Program-made: the position numbers and the translations under genes | Shown: in pieces, positions 44,406-54,136 of the stretch | Layout: every line of letters starts with the position of its first letter | Numbering within the stretch: position 1 is the stretch's first letter | From: Escherichia phage vB_EcoM-ZQ1 | Reading direction: 5' to 3' (one strand) | Length of the DNA: 64,000 bases | Sequence record: MW650886.1 | Notes under the pieces: generated by a model | Database searches by the model: none | What the model saw: the letters and a program-made list of their open reading frames with translations, nothing else | Told to the model about the DNA's origin: nothing

Positions 44406-46016
44406 ATGTTAGACAATATGAGATGGTTTTACGGCACCGTTGAAGATGTCAACGATCCAGACCAAAACGGGCGAGTTGCTGTTCGCATATATGGCGTACA
44501 CACCGACGATCCCGTCCTCCTGCCTACGGACAAACTCCCATGGGCGAAGGTACTGATGCCTGCTTCAAACGCCTCCTCTGCTGGTTTAGGTTGGTCTCCA
44601 ACGGGTATCATTCCTGGTACTGAGGTTATGGGGTTCGCCCTTGACGAAGCATACCAGAATTTACGCATCACCTGGACTTGGACTGGTTCAAGTCCTACTG
44701 ATGGTGCCGACACAAACCCACTGGCTCTCGGGCAGGTCGTTCAATCTGTGGAACGTCAGGCGTACAACGCCGTCACTGACGTTCCTGTGAAACAAGAAGA
44801 CGAACCACAACCAGATCCACAACCACCTGTTGGCGGGTATGATCCAGAGAAGTGGATGACAATCGCTCGTGGCGAATTGGGTATCAAGGAGTACGCTGGA
44901 AAGTTCAACAACAACCCGCGCATTATAGAATATCACAAGACAACCTCCCTTGGTGCTTCTGAAGATGAAGTGTCGTGGTGTGCGGCGTTCGTGGGTTGGG
45001 TTATGATACAGGCTGGATACACGTCTACACGCTCCGCTCTTGCCCGATCTTACCTTACATGGGGCACTCCACTGTCAGCACCACAATATGGCGCTATCGT
45101 AGTCTTCCGGCGTGGTAACAACCCTACATTTGGACACGTAGCGTTTGTGCAGAAGTTCGATGCAAACTATGTCTGGTGTATTGGTGGCAACCAATCCGAT
45201 TCAGTGAAGGTTAGTCGTTTCAGACGTTCTTCGGTCTTGGGATATCGTTGGCCTGGTCCTGCTAACACAGCCACAGCCGTGCCTGCGCAGCAGAATGGTA
45301 AATGGTCAGAACCTATCCCAGATCGTACTCCAAAGGAACAACCGACTCCGGCTCCTACTGGGCGAGTACAGGATATTGACAACACTGGAGAAACCATGGT
45401 TCCGGCTGCGGGTGGCTCCAAATACCCGTACAATAACGTCATGGTGTCCCGAGCTGGGCATATTATGGAAGTGGATGACACCCCTGGTGGTGAACGTCTT
45501 CATTGGATGCATAAGTCTGGGTCTTACAAGCAAATGTTGCCGGATGGTGATGTGGTCAACAAGTCCGTCAAAGACCACTATGACCTGACGATGTTCAACA
45601 AGCGTTATTATGTCGGCGGGGACCACAACCTGACGGTCAAAGGAACTGAAGTTCAGCGCAAGACAGGTGAGGTCTATCATTTGCATTCCAACAACTACTC
45701 AAATGTGGTTGCGGGCACAGCGCTGATGAAATTCAGTGACCTAGCGGAAATGCAAGCGCAGAATATTCTGCGCATTATCTGCGAGACTCTGGAGGTCGGC
45801 GGGACATTGAAGGTTCCTAAGATTCTAACGACTGAGATCATCGCTGACAAACTGACTGTCGCTCAGACGATCAATGGTAACATCATATATGCCGAAGGTG
45901 CTGGTCGCGCTTCTTCTCTGTCAGGTGCAACCCCTGCATCCCCTACGGGTCCGGGTGAGATTGACATCAAGGCAGAATTAAAAGACAATGGTGGTAATTT
46001 CGGCACCAAAGAGTAA
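44406..46016 (+). CDS. baseplate central hub / cell-puncturing protein (gp5-like) with CHAP/NlpC-P60-type peptidase domain
   Basis: N-terminal gp5-type OB segment (WFYGTVEDVNDPDQNGRVAVRIYGVHTDD...LPWAKV); central Cys/His peptidase-like region (SWCAAFVGWVM ... GHVAFV); C-terminal repeat-rich region. Confidence 0.65.
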   Translation: MLDNMRWFYGTVEDVNDPDQNGRVAVRIYGVHTDDPVLLPTDKLPWAKVLMPASNASSAGLGWSPTGIIPGTEVMGFALDEAYQNLRITWTWTGSSPTDGADTNPLALGQVVQSVERQAYNAVTDVPVKQEDEPQPDPQPPVGGYDPEKWMTIARGELGIKEYAGKFNNNPRIIEYHKTTSLGASEDEVSWCAAFVGWVMIQAGYTSTRSALARSYLTWGTPLSAPQYGAIVVFRRGNNPTFGHVAFVQKFDANYVWCIGGNQSDSVKVSRFRRSSVLGYRWPGPANTATAVPAQQNGKWSEPIPDRTPKEQPTPAPTGRVQDIDNTGETMVPAAGGSKYPYNNVMVSRAGHIMEVDDTPGGERLHWMHKSGSYKQMLPDGDVVNKSVKDHYDLTMFNKRYYVGGDHNLTVKGTEVQRKTGEVYHLHSNNYSNVVAGTALMKFSDLAEMQAQNILRIICETLEVGGTLKVPKILTTEIIADKLTVAQTINGNIIYAEGAGRASSLSGATPASPTGPGEIDIKAELKDNGGNFGTKE

Positions 46017-46089
46017 GTTGGTATAAGTTTGGTGGTAGAGGGGCAGCACGTCTCTCTGCTCCTTATAGGCATCCTGAGAGGATCGCGAA

Positions 46090-46470
46090 ATGAAAGAGTA
46101 TAAAGATGTCGATCTGAAGTTCGGCATGCATCCAGTGACCAAAGATGTCACCATGAAATCAGGTGTGTATGCTGTCTTACAATCCGTGCGGAATATCGTC
46201 ATGTCTTCAGTCGGGGACTGGCCCACTTATCCTGGGATCGGCGCGGGGCTTTATGGGCTGCTGGGTGAAAACACGACACCGACTATCCAGGTAGATGTGA
46301 AGAACAAAGTAGAGGACGCCATCGCCCTGTATGAACCCAGAGCAGAGGTAGAAGAAGTCACGGTGAGTCTGTCAGAGGATTACCACTCTCTGGGCGTGAC
46401 CATCACATTCTATGTGGTCAACAATCCAGATCCAATAACAGACACCGTGTGGTTGAAAAGGACGAATTAG
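46090..46470 (+). CDS. gp25-like baseplate wedge protein (GPW/gp25 family) candidate
   Basis: 126 aa, size and position next to the hub protein; weak pattern match. Confidence 0.5.
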   Translation: MKEYKDVDLKFGMHPVTKDVTMKSGVYAVLQSVRNIVMSSVGDWPTYPGIGAGLYGLLGENTTPTIQVDVKNKVEDAIALYEPRAEVEEVTVSLSEDYHSLGVTITFYVVNNPDPITDTVWLKRTN

Positions 46471-46557
46471 AATTTCTTCCTGAATGCCGGAGCCACGACT
46501 AACATGAAGTGGGGACTGCCAGCTGCATGCCCAGCTCTTTGTAATCTTGCATGAGGA

Positions 46558-47019
46558 CTACTCCGCCAGGGTGATCACAACCATATTTAAGACTGTGTCG
46601 ATAGCTCGGCCTGTTTCCTCTTCATGGAGGGTTTCGGCGCGGAGGTGCACGTCGGTGATGAAATTGTCGATGTGCATTGAAGTCAGGTACGGGCGGTGCT
46701 GGGATAATGGACGGTTGGCCATCACATAATTGCGCAGTGTGTTGAAGTCCTGATGAGAGCATTCTGTGGTATCGATACGGAGGAAGCGTTCGTTGTGTCT
46801 TGTCTTCAACTCAGTTGCTTTCCCGAGGTAGACCAGAGGTCCATTGCGACCGATACGGAACATGACATCAACAACAGACTTGAAGATTTCGCGTTCAATC
46901 AGTGCGGTGGGTGACCAGCAGATCTCTTCTTTGTCGTCGGCGTACAGGGTGTCGATCACCAGAGGAAGCTGAATGTAACCGAAGTTGTGCAGTGGGTTGG
47001 TAAGTACCTTGTTTGTCAT
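46558..47019 (-). CDS. GIY-YIG endonuclease candidate (T4 DenA / endonuclease II-like)
   Basis: LVYLGKATELKTRHNERF resembles the GIY-YIG core of T4 DenA; sits downstream of nrdA-nrdB as in T4. Confidence 0.45.
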   Translation of the reverse strand: MTNKVLTNPLHNFGYIQLPLVIDTLYADDKEEICWSPTALIEREIFKSVVDVMFRIGRNGPLVYLGKATELKTRHNERFLRIDTTECSHQDFNTLRNYVMANRPLSQHRPYLTSMHIDNFITDVHLRAETLHEEETGRAIDTVLNMVVITLAE

Positions 47020-47087
47020 GATATAGTTCCCGCTTTCAATTTGTGGCGAATGCCAATGAATTACTGGGAAGTATAAGCGCAGGGATT

Positions 47088-47118
47088 ATAGAAGTAAAGC
47101 CCCTCAATGAGGGGCTTT
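47088..47118 (-). terminator. stem-loop after the glutaredoxin gene on the minus strand
   Basis: long stem aaagcccctc...gaggggcttt followed on the minus strand by TTTACTTC. Confidence 0.45.
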
Positions 47119-47124
47119 GGCTTG

Positions 47125-47349
47125 TCAGCGTTTAAGGCTGGCGGCGAGTCCATTAACGTCGGTCACGGTCTGGTCAGCGAGAACGATTACAGGCATCGAC
47201 ACGCGCGGCTTACCTGTCAACTGCTGAAGTTCTTCCAGCCGGTAATCTTTGTCCAGCTTGAGGATCTTGTGTTCCAGCCCTTTCATTTTGCACAGATTTT
47301 CGGCTGTTACACACTGAGCGCAACCTTGTTTGGAATAGATCGTAATCAT
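47125..47349 (-). CDS. glutaredoxin-like protein (NrdH / T4 NrdC-like redoxin)
   Basis: 74 aa; N-terminal IYSKQGCAQCV (C-x-x-C); immediately downstream of nrdB. Confidence 0.7.
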   Translation of the reverse strand: MITIYSKQGCAQCVTAENLCKMKGLEHKILKLDKDYRLEELQQLTGKPRVSMPVIVLADQTVTDVNGLAASLKR

Positions 47350-47358
47350 TTCTCACCT

Positions 47359-48462
47359 TTAAGCGAATTTGAGGCCATCGGATACCGAACCAGTCAGTAC
47401 ACCCATCAGATAATCAGGAGCTTCCGCTTCCTGCAACGCGTACTGCATTGCCTTATTATCTAGCCAGTCATTAATCCATGGGACTGGGTTCTCCTTGCGA
47501 GGTTCACCGGGATATGGATGCCCGATAGCGCCCATCCGGTGGGTTGCCAGCCAGTCTACCATCTGATGAAGGATCTTGGCGTTCAGCCCCAGGATGGAAC
47601 CGTCTTTGAATAGGTAGTTCGCCCACTCCTTCTCCTGATGGACCACGTCCAGGAACATCTGGGTCATCTCACCACGCAGTTCCTCACGGATGATTGCAAA
47701 GTCGGGGTCCATACCAGGCAGGCGGTTTAGAAGCGTCTGGGTCAGGATCAGGTGATCCTGCTCATCACGGGCGATCTGTCGAATGATTTTGGCATTGCCT
47801 TCCATCTTCTTCTGGAACTGTGTGAATGCCCAAGAGCATGCAAAGGACACGTAGAAGCGGATGCCTTCCAGTGTGTTGGCAGCAAACAGAGCACGCCAGA
47901 ATGCGCGTTTGGCATTCATCAGATCTTCTCGGGTGAAGATGCGTCCGGCCATACGCATGCCACTGTACTGTACCATGTCATCGTAGTACACACTGATCTG
48001 GTGAGCACAGTCCACGATCTCCACAACATCCAGTACGTGGTCAAACACGATACCTGGATCGTTCACAGTATTGCGCAAAATGTGGGTGTACGATAAAGAG
48101 TGAATGGCTTCCTGGCGCGTCCATTCAAGGACAGCAAACTGCATTTCAGGGGTAGACGCCCATGGACCAAACGCCTCGAACGGAGCCGCACCCTGGATAG
48201 AGTCCAGCATGGTCTGGCGCTTCAGGTTGCTGAAGTAGACATGTTTCTCTGCTTCGTTCAGAGTAGCGAAGTCTGCCTTGTCCTTGGTGATGTCCACCTC
48301 TTCAGGACGCCAGAACTGGCTGAGACCTTTCTCATACCACTTCTGTACGAATGGCCAGGCCACGACATCGTAACGCTGGATGCTCACTGGGTCACCGAAG
48401 AACGGTAGACCAGTGTTGTCCGAGCTTGGGTCGAATACGGAGAATTGTTTCTGTTCGCTCAT
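47359..48462 (-). CDS. nrdB: ribonucleotide reductase beta subunit (class Ia)
   Basis: 367 aa; ferritin-like diiron pattern (EAIHS ... EGIRF ... DEQDHL) and adjacency to nrdA. Confidence 0.85.
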   Translation of the reverse strand: MSEQKQFSVFDPSSDNTGLPFFGDPVSIQRYDVVAWPFVQKWYEKGLSQFWRPEEVDITKDKADFATLNEAEKHVYFSNLKRQTMLDSIQGAAPFEAFGPWASTPEMQFAVLEWTRQEAIHSLSYTHILRNTVNDPGIVFDHVLDVVEIVDCAHQISVYYDDMVQYSGMRMAGRIFTREDLMNAKRAFWRALFAANTLEGIRFYVSFACSWAFTQFQKKMEGNAKIIRQIARDEQDHLILTQTLLNRLPGMDPDFAIIREELRGEMTQMFLDVVHQEKEWANYLFKDGSILGLNAKILHQMVDWLATHRMGAIGHPYPGEPRKENPVPWINDWLDNKAMQYALQEAEAPDYLMGVLTGSVSDGLKFA

Positions 48463-48481
48463 GTTTCTTTCCTGATTAATA

Positions 48482-48501
48482 AGGGGTGATCTCTCACCCC
48501 T
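48482..48501 (-). promoter_or_regulatory. intercistronic hairpin between nrdA and nrdB (aggggtga-TCTC-tcacccct)
   Basis: 8-bp perfect stem read directly, just upstream of the nrdB RBS. Confidence 0.45.
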
Positions 48502-48532
48502 GATGATATAACGGTAGTAGGTTTAGACCAAT

Positions 48533-50815
48533 TTATACAATACAACTATCACAACCAGGTTCCTCAGCCTGCTTCAGCTCTTCGTCTTCCTTGGCGTCCT
48601 TGTTTGTGTTATAATACAGAGTCTTGCCACCCCACATATAGAACGACAAGATATCCTGCATCATCTTGGCGCGAGGGATCTTGCTGTCAGGATACTTCTC
48701 TGGGTCATACCACGTGTTGGTACTGATGGACTGGTCAACCCAGCGCTGGATGACAGCAGCGGTCTTCAGGTACTCAATACAGTCCAGGTCCCACTTGAGG
48801 TCATACATCGGCCCAAGGGTCTCAACGTCCGGGACGACCTGCTTATAAGTGCCGTCCTTGCTACCCTTGATGCTCACCAAGCCCTTCGGTGGCTCAATGC
48901 CGTTCGTTGCGTTGAGGACCTGTGAGGAGCTTTCGGTAGGGGCTACTGCCAGCAGGGTGGCGTTGCGGATACCATAGGTCTTCAGATTGTCCTTCAACTC
49001 ATCCCAATCCAGCCCATATGCCATCCCTTCTGGCTTCTTGCCATTTGGTAGGATATCAAGTGGAAGCGGCTGAAGGTCGGCGGTGACCTGCCCATTATTG
49101 TGGATGGTTCTGCGTTTACACGCCCCGAACTTCATAGCCAGACGGTTGGACGCCTTGACCAGATAGAAGTGCAGGTGTGCCATCCACGCATCTAGCATTT
49201 CAAGACCAGCTGGTGAGCCATAGCCCGTGAAGTTCTTGGCCAAGAAGTGAGCCACGTTCACGATACCAACACCCAGAGGACGATAGTCTTCAACAGCCTT
49301 GCGAGCCTGAATCGCTGGATAGTCCTGATATTCCAACAGCATGTCCAGCGCAGATACCAACACGAACGCCACGTCTTCCATTTCCGTAGGATCTTCGAAC
49401 GCCGTCAGGTTGAAGGAAGCCAGGGTGCACAGAGCCACGCGCCCGTTTTCATCGTTGTACTGCTCAAACTCACGGGTCGGCAGGGCGATTTCTAAACAAA
49501 GATTTGAAGAATAAATCGTGTCTAGGTTGAATGGACTGTATTCATTCATGTGATCGACAAACGCGATGTAGATGCGGCCTGTGTCTGAACGCTGGTCTAA
49601 CAGCATCTGGAACACCTCTTCTGCCTGCAACTTTTTAGCACGAACCAAACCAGCATCAGCGGCCTTGATCATGTTCTCATACAGAGTACGGAACTTGTCA
49701 ACGTCAGCGAAGTATGCTTCATACATTTCGCGGTTGTCTTTCGGGTCGAACAGATACAGAGGCTGCTTGGCAACAAGGCGCTCAAACATCACGCGGTTGA
49801 TCTGAATGCCATAGTCGATACGGCGTTCGCGGTTTTCTTCAGTACCACGGTTGTTCTTCAGAACAACGACGTCATCGAACTGGTAATGCCACAGAGGGAT
49901 GTACGCTGTTGCTGCACCACCACGAATGCCGCCCTGAGAGCACGATTTGAGTGCCCCAGTGAGATACTTGATGAACGGGATCAGGCCTGTGTGAACCATC
50001 TCTCCGCCGCGAATAGGACTACCAATCCCACGGATTGCCCCGACATCGAAGCCGATACCCGCACGTTTGGACACATAGTCAACGATGGTCTTGGCTGTTG
50101 CGTTGATAGAGTTCAGGGTGTCATCAGTCTTGATTAACACACAGGAACTGAACTGACGGGTAGGAGTACGAACACCTGCCATAATCGGGGTGGGAAGACT
50201 GAACTTGCCTGTGCTGGCATATTCATAGAACTTTTTCACCATCTCCAGGCGGCTGTCTTTGTCCCAGTTAGAGAACAACGCCATGGCGATGCCCATGTAC
50301 ATGACCTGAGGGGTTTCGTAGAAGATCTTGCTGTCTTTCTTGGAACGGTCGCGCAACAGGTACTTCTCAGTCAGCTGACCCATGGCCGCCCACGTGAAGT
50401 TCTTATCGCGTTTGTGATTGATAACATCGTTCAGCTCGTTGAACTCTTCGATCGTGTAGAGATCAAGGAACTCACGATCATACACGCGCTGTTTGATGTT
50501 CTTGATGAAGATGTCCAGCAGGTGAGGCGGCTTGTACTGGCCGTAGACAGCCTTGCGCAGATCATACGACTTCAGACGAGCAGCCACATATTGGTAATTG
50601 GGTTTGTCTACAGAGATCAGTGAAGCCGCAGCCTGGATGAGGATATCCTGAATGCGATCTGTTCTCATGTTGTCGGTGAACTGAATCTTCGATGCAGCGA
50701 TCACCTCTGACATTGACACACCAGACAGGCCATCACATGCGCGGTCTACGACCGTGTGTGGTTTCTCAATATCAAATGGGACAGAAGATCCGTCACGTTT
50801 TATAACGTTAATCAT
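48533..50815 (-). CDS. nrdA: ribonucleotide reductase alpha subunit (class Ia)
   Basis: 760 aa; ATP-cone-like N-terminus (VIKRDGSSVPFDIEK), glycyl-radical-fold catalytic region, C-terminal redox cysteines (EEPGCDSCIV). Confidence 0.9.
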   Translation of the reverse strand: MINVIKRDGSSVPFDIEKPHTVVDRACDGLSGVSMSEVIAASKIQFTDNMRTDRIQDILIQAAASLISVDKPNYQYVAARLKSYDLRKAVYGQYKPPHLLDIFIKNIKQRVYDREFLDLYTIEEFNELNDVINHKRDKNFTWAAMGQLTEKYLLRDRSKKDSKIFYETPQVMYMGIAMALFSNWDKDSRLEMVKKFYEYASTGKFSLPTPIMAGVRTPTRQFSSCVLIKTDDTLNSINATAKTIVDYVSKRAGIGFDVGAIRGIGSPIRGGEMVHTGLIPFIKYLTGALKSCSQGGIRGGAATAYIPLWHYQFDDVVVLKNNRGTEENRERRIDYGIQINRVMFERLVAKQPLYLFDPKDNREMYEAYFADVDKFRTLYENMIKAADAGLVRAKKLQAEEVFQMLLDQRSDTGRIYIAFVDHMNEYSPFNLDTIYSSNLCLEIALPTREFEQYNDENGRVALCTLASFNLTAFEDPTEMEDVAFVLVSALDMLLEYQDYPAIQARKAVEDYRPLGVGIVNVAHFLAKNFTGYGSPAGLEMLDAWMAHLHFYLVKASNRLAMKFGACKRRTIHNNGQVTADLQPLPLDILPNGKKPEGMAYGLDWDELKDNLKTYGIRNATLLAVAPTESSSQVLNATNGIEPPKGLVSIKGSKDGTYKQVVPDVETLGPMYDLKWDLDCIEYLKTAAVIQRWVDQSISTNTWYDPEKYPDSKIPRAKMMQDILSFYMWGGKTLYYNTNKDAKEDEELKQAEEPGCDSCIV

Positions 50816-50851
50816 GGTGTTCCTCGGGTTTGTTTACGCAGGTTTTATTAT

Positions 50852-50878
50852 ACGCCGCCCTCGTAGATTGAAGGCGGC
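50852..50878 (-). promoter_or_regulatory. GC stem-loop followed by a TATAAT-containing A/U-rich tract between phoH and nrdA
   Basis: cgccgcc / ggcggcg 7-bp stem with a 13-nt loop; could be terminator, promoter or both. Confidence 0.35.
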
Positions 50879-50898
50879 GGGGAGGGTTGGTGAGTTAC

Positions 50899-51741
50899 TT
50901 AAATGTCGTACAGATCGTTGACTTCCAGCATCAGGCGGGTGAAGTCGCCGCGCCCGTTGCGGTCAGACTTGTCGAACTCGATGATACTGAAAGGCTGAAC
51001 CCATTCAGGGTACTCATCACCGACGCCAACACCATCGATCTTCAGGGTTCCGGCCTCCAGCTTGGCGTTGAAGTCGCGGAAGGAACTGACGTACTTTTCA
51101 AGGGCGCTGTCGCGCAGGCGCTTGTTGGACTGTTTGATGTCACCGTTGACAAAGATGTAAGTCGAGTCAGATGCGCGGGTCAGTAGGTTCTTCAGCTGCT
51201 CCATATCACATTCCTGCGCTTCTTCAATGATCAGGAAGGTGTCGTCGAAGGTCATCCCCTTGATGGTCTCCAGATCCTGGATCTCAATGATCCGCTTCTC
51301 CCACAGATAGTTGAAGAAACCGTCGCTACCTGTGTCAGTCTTCAGCACCTTCTTCAGCGTCTGAATCAGGGGCATCAGATATGGCATCAGTTTTTCGTAT
51401 GTGTCGCCAGGGCGGAAGCCTGCAGTCTGGCCTGTTGGCAGCGGAGAGCGCGTGATGACGATCTTACTGACCACTTTATCGATCAGGAGCTTGGCGGCGG
51501 CTGAGGCACCACAATACGATTTACCTGTGCCTGCCGGACCGATTGCGATGGTGAGGTTTTCTTCAAGAGCAGATTGATACGCGAGGTTCTGATTTTCTGA
51601 GAGGCCATTGAACGGAGCGATTCTGAAGTCACCTTTAGAGAACTTCATCCAGTCATCTTCTTTCTGGATTGTCTCTTTCTTGCGTGCTGACTTGGTCTTG
51701 CCCGCTGGCTTCTTACTTACAACTTTGGTGGCAGATTGCAT
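50899..51741 (-). CDS. phoH: PhoH-like ATPase
   Basis: Walker A GPAGTGKSY and overall PhoH-like layout. Confidence 0.8.
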   Translation of the reverse strand: MQSATKVVSKKPAGKTKSARKKETIQKEDDWMKFSKGDFRIAPFNGLSENQNLAYQSALEENLTIAIGPAGTGKSYCGASAAAKLLIDKVVSKIVITRSPLPTGQTAGFRPGDTYEKLMPYLMPLIQTLKKVLKTDTGSDGFFNYLWEKRIIEIQDLETIKGMTFDDTFLIIEEAQECDMEQLKNLLTRASDSTYIFVNGDIKQSNKRLRDSALEKYVSSFRDFNAKLEAGTLKIDGVGVGDEYPEWVQPFSIIEFDKSDRNGRGDFTRLMLEVNDLYDI

Positions 51742-51812
51742 GGGAACCTTCCTATATCTCAGGGTGTCATCACCTCTAATTAAGGTGACAACCCCAGCAT
51801 ACCTGAGGATTG

Positions 51813-51838
51813 GATAAAGAAAAGGCCGTTTCCGGCCT
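51813..51838 (-). terminator. rho-independent terminator on the minus strand (aggccg-TTTC-cggcct then TTTCTTTAT)
   Basis: read directly, downstream of the endolysin stop. Confidence 0.6.
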
Positions 51839-51843
51839 TTGAG

Positions 51844-52638
51844 TTAACTGAAACTCTTGTATGCTGCTGCGAGCTTCTTGTCGTACTGGTTCTTGGCATA
51901 CGCCGGACCATTATAGCGCCGTGCAAATTCAGACCAGTTCTTGTCCTTCAGAGCCTTCCAGAGCTTGGCGTCAGCCTTGATGAACTTCACGAATGCCATC
52001 AAATGAGCACGTTCTCCTGTCAGGAAGTCGTTGAACATCTCCTTGGCGTTGGCATATCCACAGACCTGGCAGTTGAATCCCATGATCTGGAAGAGACCGT
52101 AAGAGGCGCTCTCGTACGCACAATCCTCATCGATGTTGATGGCCGCATGAAGTCGATCCAACTCCGCGTCGCCTCCCGTGTACCCGCCTGCGGAAGGACT
52201 GACCAACGTCGGGTACATATGTCCCATGGCATTCGCCCGAGCCTGTCCGAACTTCGCCATCAGCTTCTTATACATGATGTGACGCTCAAATAATGTCTTG
52301 ATCTTACCTGACTTGGTGAAGCCCGTGCCGCGCGACTCAACCTGATTCACCGCCTTGACAGAGGCAAGGTCAACACCCAGATCATTAGCAGCATCAATCA
52401 GGTCTGACTCAGTTAAATGATCCTGATGGGCGTCTCCGGCGTTGCGAATAGCATAGGAGGTCTTTGGACCCACGATACCATCAATGACAAGCCCCGCACC
52501 CGCCTGAACAGTCTTGACGGCGTTCTCTGTTGCCTTACCAAAGATGCCGTCAGCGACGAGGGTGAAGCCGATTTTGTTGAGGCTATCCTGAAGTGCCTTC
52601 ACTTCAGTACCACGGTTGCCAAATTTTAGAATGGCCAT
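51844..52638 (-). CDS. endolysin: N-terminal peptidoglycan-binding repeats plus C-terminal muramidase-like domain
   Basis: ATG at 52638 with GGAGG RBS; two PG_binding_1-like repeats (GTEVKALQDSLNKIGF ... FGKATENAVKTVQ); C-terminal catalytic-like domain (YGLFQIMGFN). Confidence 0.65.
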   Translation of the reverse strand: MAILKFGNRGTEVKALQDSLNKIGFTLVADGIFGKATENAVKTVQAGAGLVIDGIVGPKTSYAIRNAGDAHQDHLTESDLIDAANDLGVDLASVKAVNQVESRGTGFTKSGKIKTLFERHIMYKKLMAKFGQARANAMGHMYPTLVSPSAGGYTGGDAELDRLHAAINIDEDCAYESASYGLFQIMGFNCQVCGYANAKEMFNDFLTGERAHLMAFVKFIKADAKLWKALKDKNWSEFARRYNGPAYAKNQYDKKLAAAYKSFS

Positions 52639-52700
52639 AAGAAAATACCTCCACAATGAATGTAGAGGTATTTAAAGTGAAAGTGAACTGACTTTGAGGA

Positions 52701-53000
52701 TTACATGGTTTCCAGCATAGAATTCAGCTTAACGATCTGCATTTCAATATTTTTCTTTAGACTCAGATACGCTTCAACTGGGGAAGCGGTTGGGCCAGTC
52801 TGATATTTTCCTGCTTGAGCTGACCAACACCGAGTGGCTTTCCAATAAAAGAGGAATACAGTGGATTCAACGCTTTCTATTTCGATAGCACCAACACCGA
52901 GTGGGCAATATTTGCGTATACCGTATCTCCACTGCTTACCAGTCTCTTTTTCCAGGGCTTGGCAAGCAACTGAACCAATTTGTTCTAGAGTAAGTTTCAT
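52701..53000 (-). CDS. hypothetical protein
   Basis: 99-aa ORF. Confidence 0.4.
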   Translation of the reverse strand: MKLTLEQIGSVACQALEKETGKQWRYGIRKYCPLGVGAIEIESVESTVFLFYWKATRCWSAQAGKYQTGPTASPVEAYLSLKKNIEMQIVKLNSMLETM

Positions 53001-53185
53001 CGCACTACCACCACTGGCATGATTTCTCTGAATGACTCGCGCACCTCAGTGTCGTACCCGTATTTCTCAAGGATTGCCATCATCGCCTGCTCAAGTTCCT
53101 CTTGGAACTGAGGAAAGACTTTGTTCGGGATGCGTTCAACAACCCAGAGAGCGCCCGCAGACGCCTGAATGACTGCTCGTGCCAT
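52997..53185 (-). CDS. hypothetical protein
   Basis: 62-aa ORF, ATGA-coupled. Confidence 0.35.
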   Translation of the reverse strand: MARAVIQASAGALWVVERIPNKVFPQFQEELEQAMMAILEKYGYDTEVRESFREIMPVVVVR

Positions 53186-53199
53186 GAGGATGGCCTCCT

Positions 53200-53236
53200 A
53201 CCAAAAACCTGAAAGGAGGGGAGTTGCCTCCCCCTT
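53200..53236 (-). terminator. rho-independent terminator on the minus strand (GC stem then TTTCAGGTTTTTGG)
   Basis: hairpin read directly, just downstream of the stop at 53245. Confidence 0.55.
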
Positions 53237-53244
53237 GCTACCGC

Positions 53245-53733
53245 TTATGCCAGTTTGCTCACCAGAGCTTCAACTGCGTCGGCGCTCAGTTTACCCATTT
53301 TGACGTACTGAGCTTTTGCTTCGCCACCAACAGCTTTCACGATGTCGGTGTTGTCGTACCCCTTCTTAGGGAAGACCATCACAGAGAAGGAACCGTTGTT
53401 CAGCGGGTTCAGCTGGATGCGACCTTTACCGACTACGATGGTGCCGTAAGTTTCGGTGCTTGCTTCGACAATGTGGATGTCGTGACCCAGGTTTTTCAGC
53501 ATACCAACTTTGTCGGCAGTCTTAGCAACCACAGCTTTATCAACCACAACCTGCTCTACCAGGGTGAAGCCGTTAGTCACTTTCACTTTACCGTTCAGCA
53601 GGTTCATGAAGGAAGTTTTACCACCAGTGAAGCCAGCTGCCTGAGCGATGCGGAACATTTCAACTTTAGCAACTTCGGTGTTCAGTTCGAAAGAGATGGT
53701 GCCGTTGGTGATCAGAGTTTTGGTAGTAGCCAT
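53245..53733 (-). CDS. hypothetical protein, monocistronic with its own promoter and terminator (likely highly expressed)
   Basis: ATG at 53733 (MATTKTLI...) with GAGGA RBS; promoter-like hexamers upstream, terminator downstream. Confidence 0.45.
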   Translation of the reverse strand: MATTKTLITNGTISFELNTEVAKVEMFRIAQAAGFTGGKTSFMNLLNGKVKVTNGFTLVEQVVVDKAVVAKTADKVGMLKNLGHDIHIVEASTETYGTIVVGKGRIQLNPLNNGSFSVMVFPKKGYDNTDIVKAVGGEAKAQYVKMGKLSADAVEALVSKLA

Positions 53734-53806
53734 GATGTAATTCCTCATAATGTAGTTGGTGCGTTTCACTTTTCATTCGGCGGTGTGTTGCCGCCCTATG
53801 TGAACT

Positions 53807-53835
53807 ATAATAGTGCATCATTATTGAAGAGTAAA
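53807..53835 (-). promoter_or_regulatory. promoter candidate (TTTACT -35, 17-nt spacer, TATTAT -10) preceded by a strongly AT-rich tract
   Basis: hexamers and spacing read on the reverse complement. Confidence 0.4.
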
Positions 53836-53867
53836 GTCTTTTTCAATAATTTTTAAAAATTATTTTT

Positions 53868-53902
53868 GAAGTATTTTAAAAGGCCTCGTCGAATGAGGCC
53901 TG
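53868..53902 (-). terminator. rho-independent terminator on the minus strand (aggcctc-N7-gaggcct then TTTTAAAA)
   Basis: 7-bp stem read directly, downstream of the stop at 53930. Confidence 0.5.
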
Positions 53903-53929
53903 GAGGGAAGTAATGTGAAGTAAAAAGTT

Positions 53930-54136
53930 TTAGTTCGGGCGAAATCTTACAAACTCGCGAGCCAATTCGGCTTGCTCATCACTGATGGGAACCCCATGGA
54001 AGTCCGCCTGACCATTCTTCCAGCCGTGGATGAAACTCGGAGATTCTTCCCCAGATAAGACATACCCCTCACGAGATTTCAAGTACCCCCGCACGATCTC
54101 TCCGTCGTCCAGTTTGTTCAGTTCTTCTAACGTCAT
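53930..54136 (-). CDS. hypothetical protein
   Basis: 68-aa ORF, ATGA-coupled to primase. Confidence 0.35.
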   Translation of the reverse strand: MTLEELNKLDDGEIVRGYLKSREGYVLSGEESPSFIHGWKNGQADFHGVPISDEQAELAREFVRFRPN

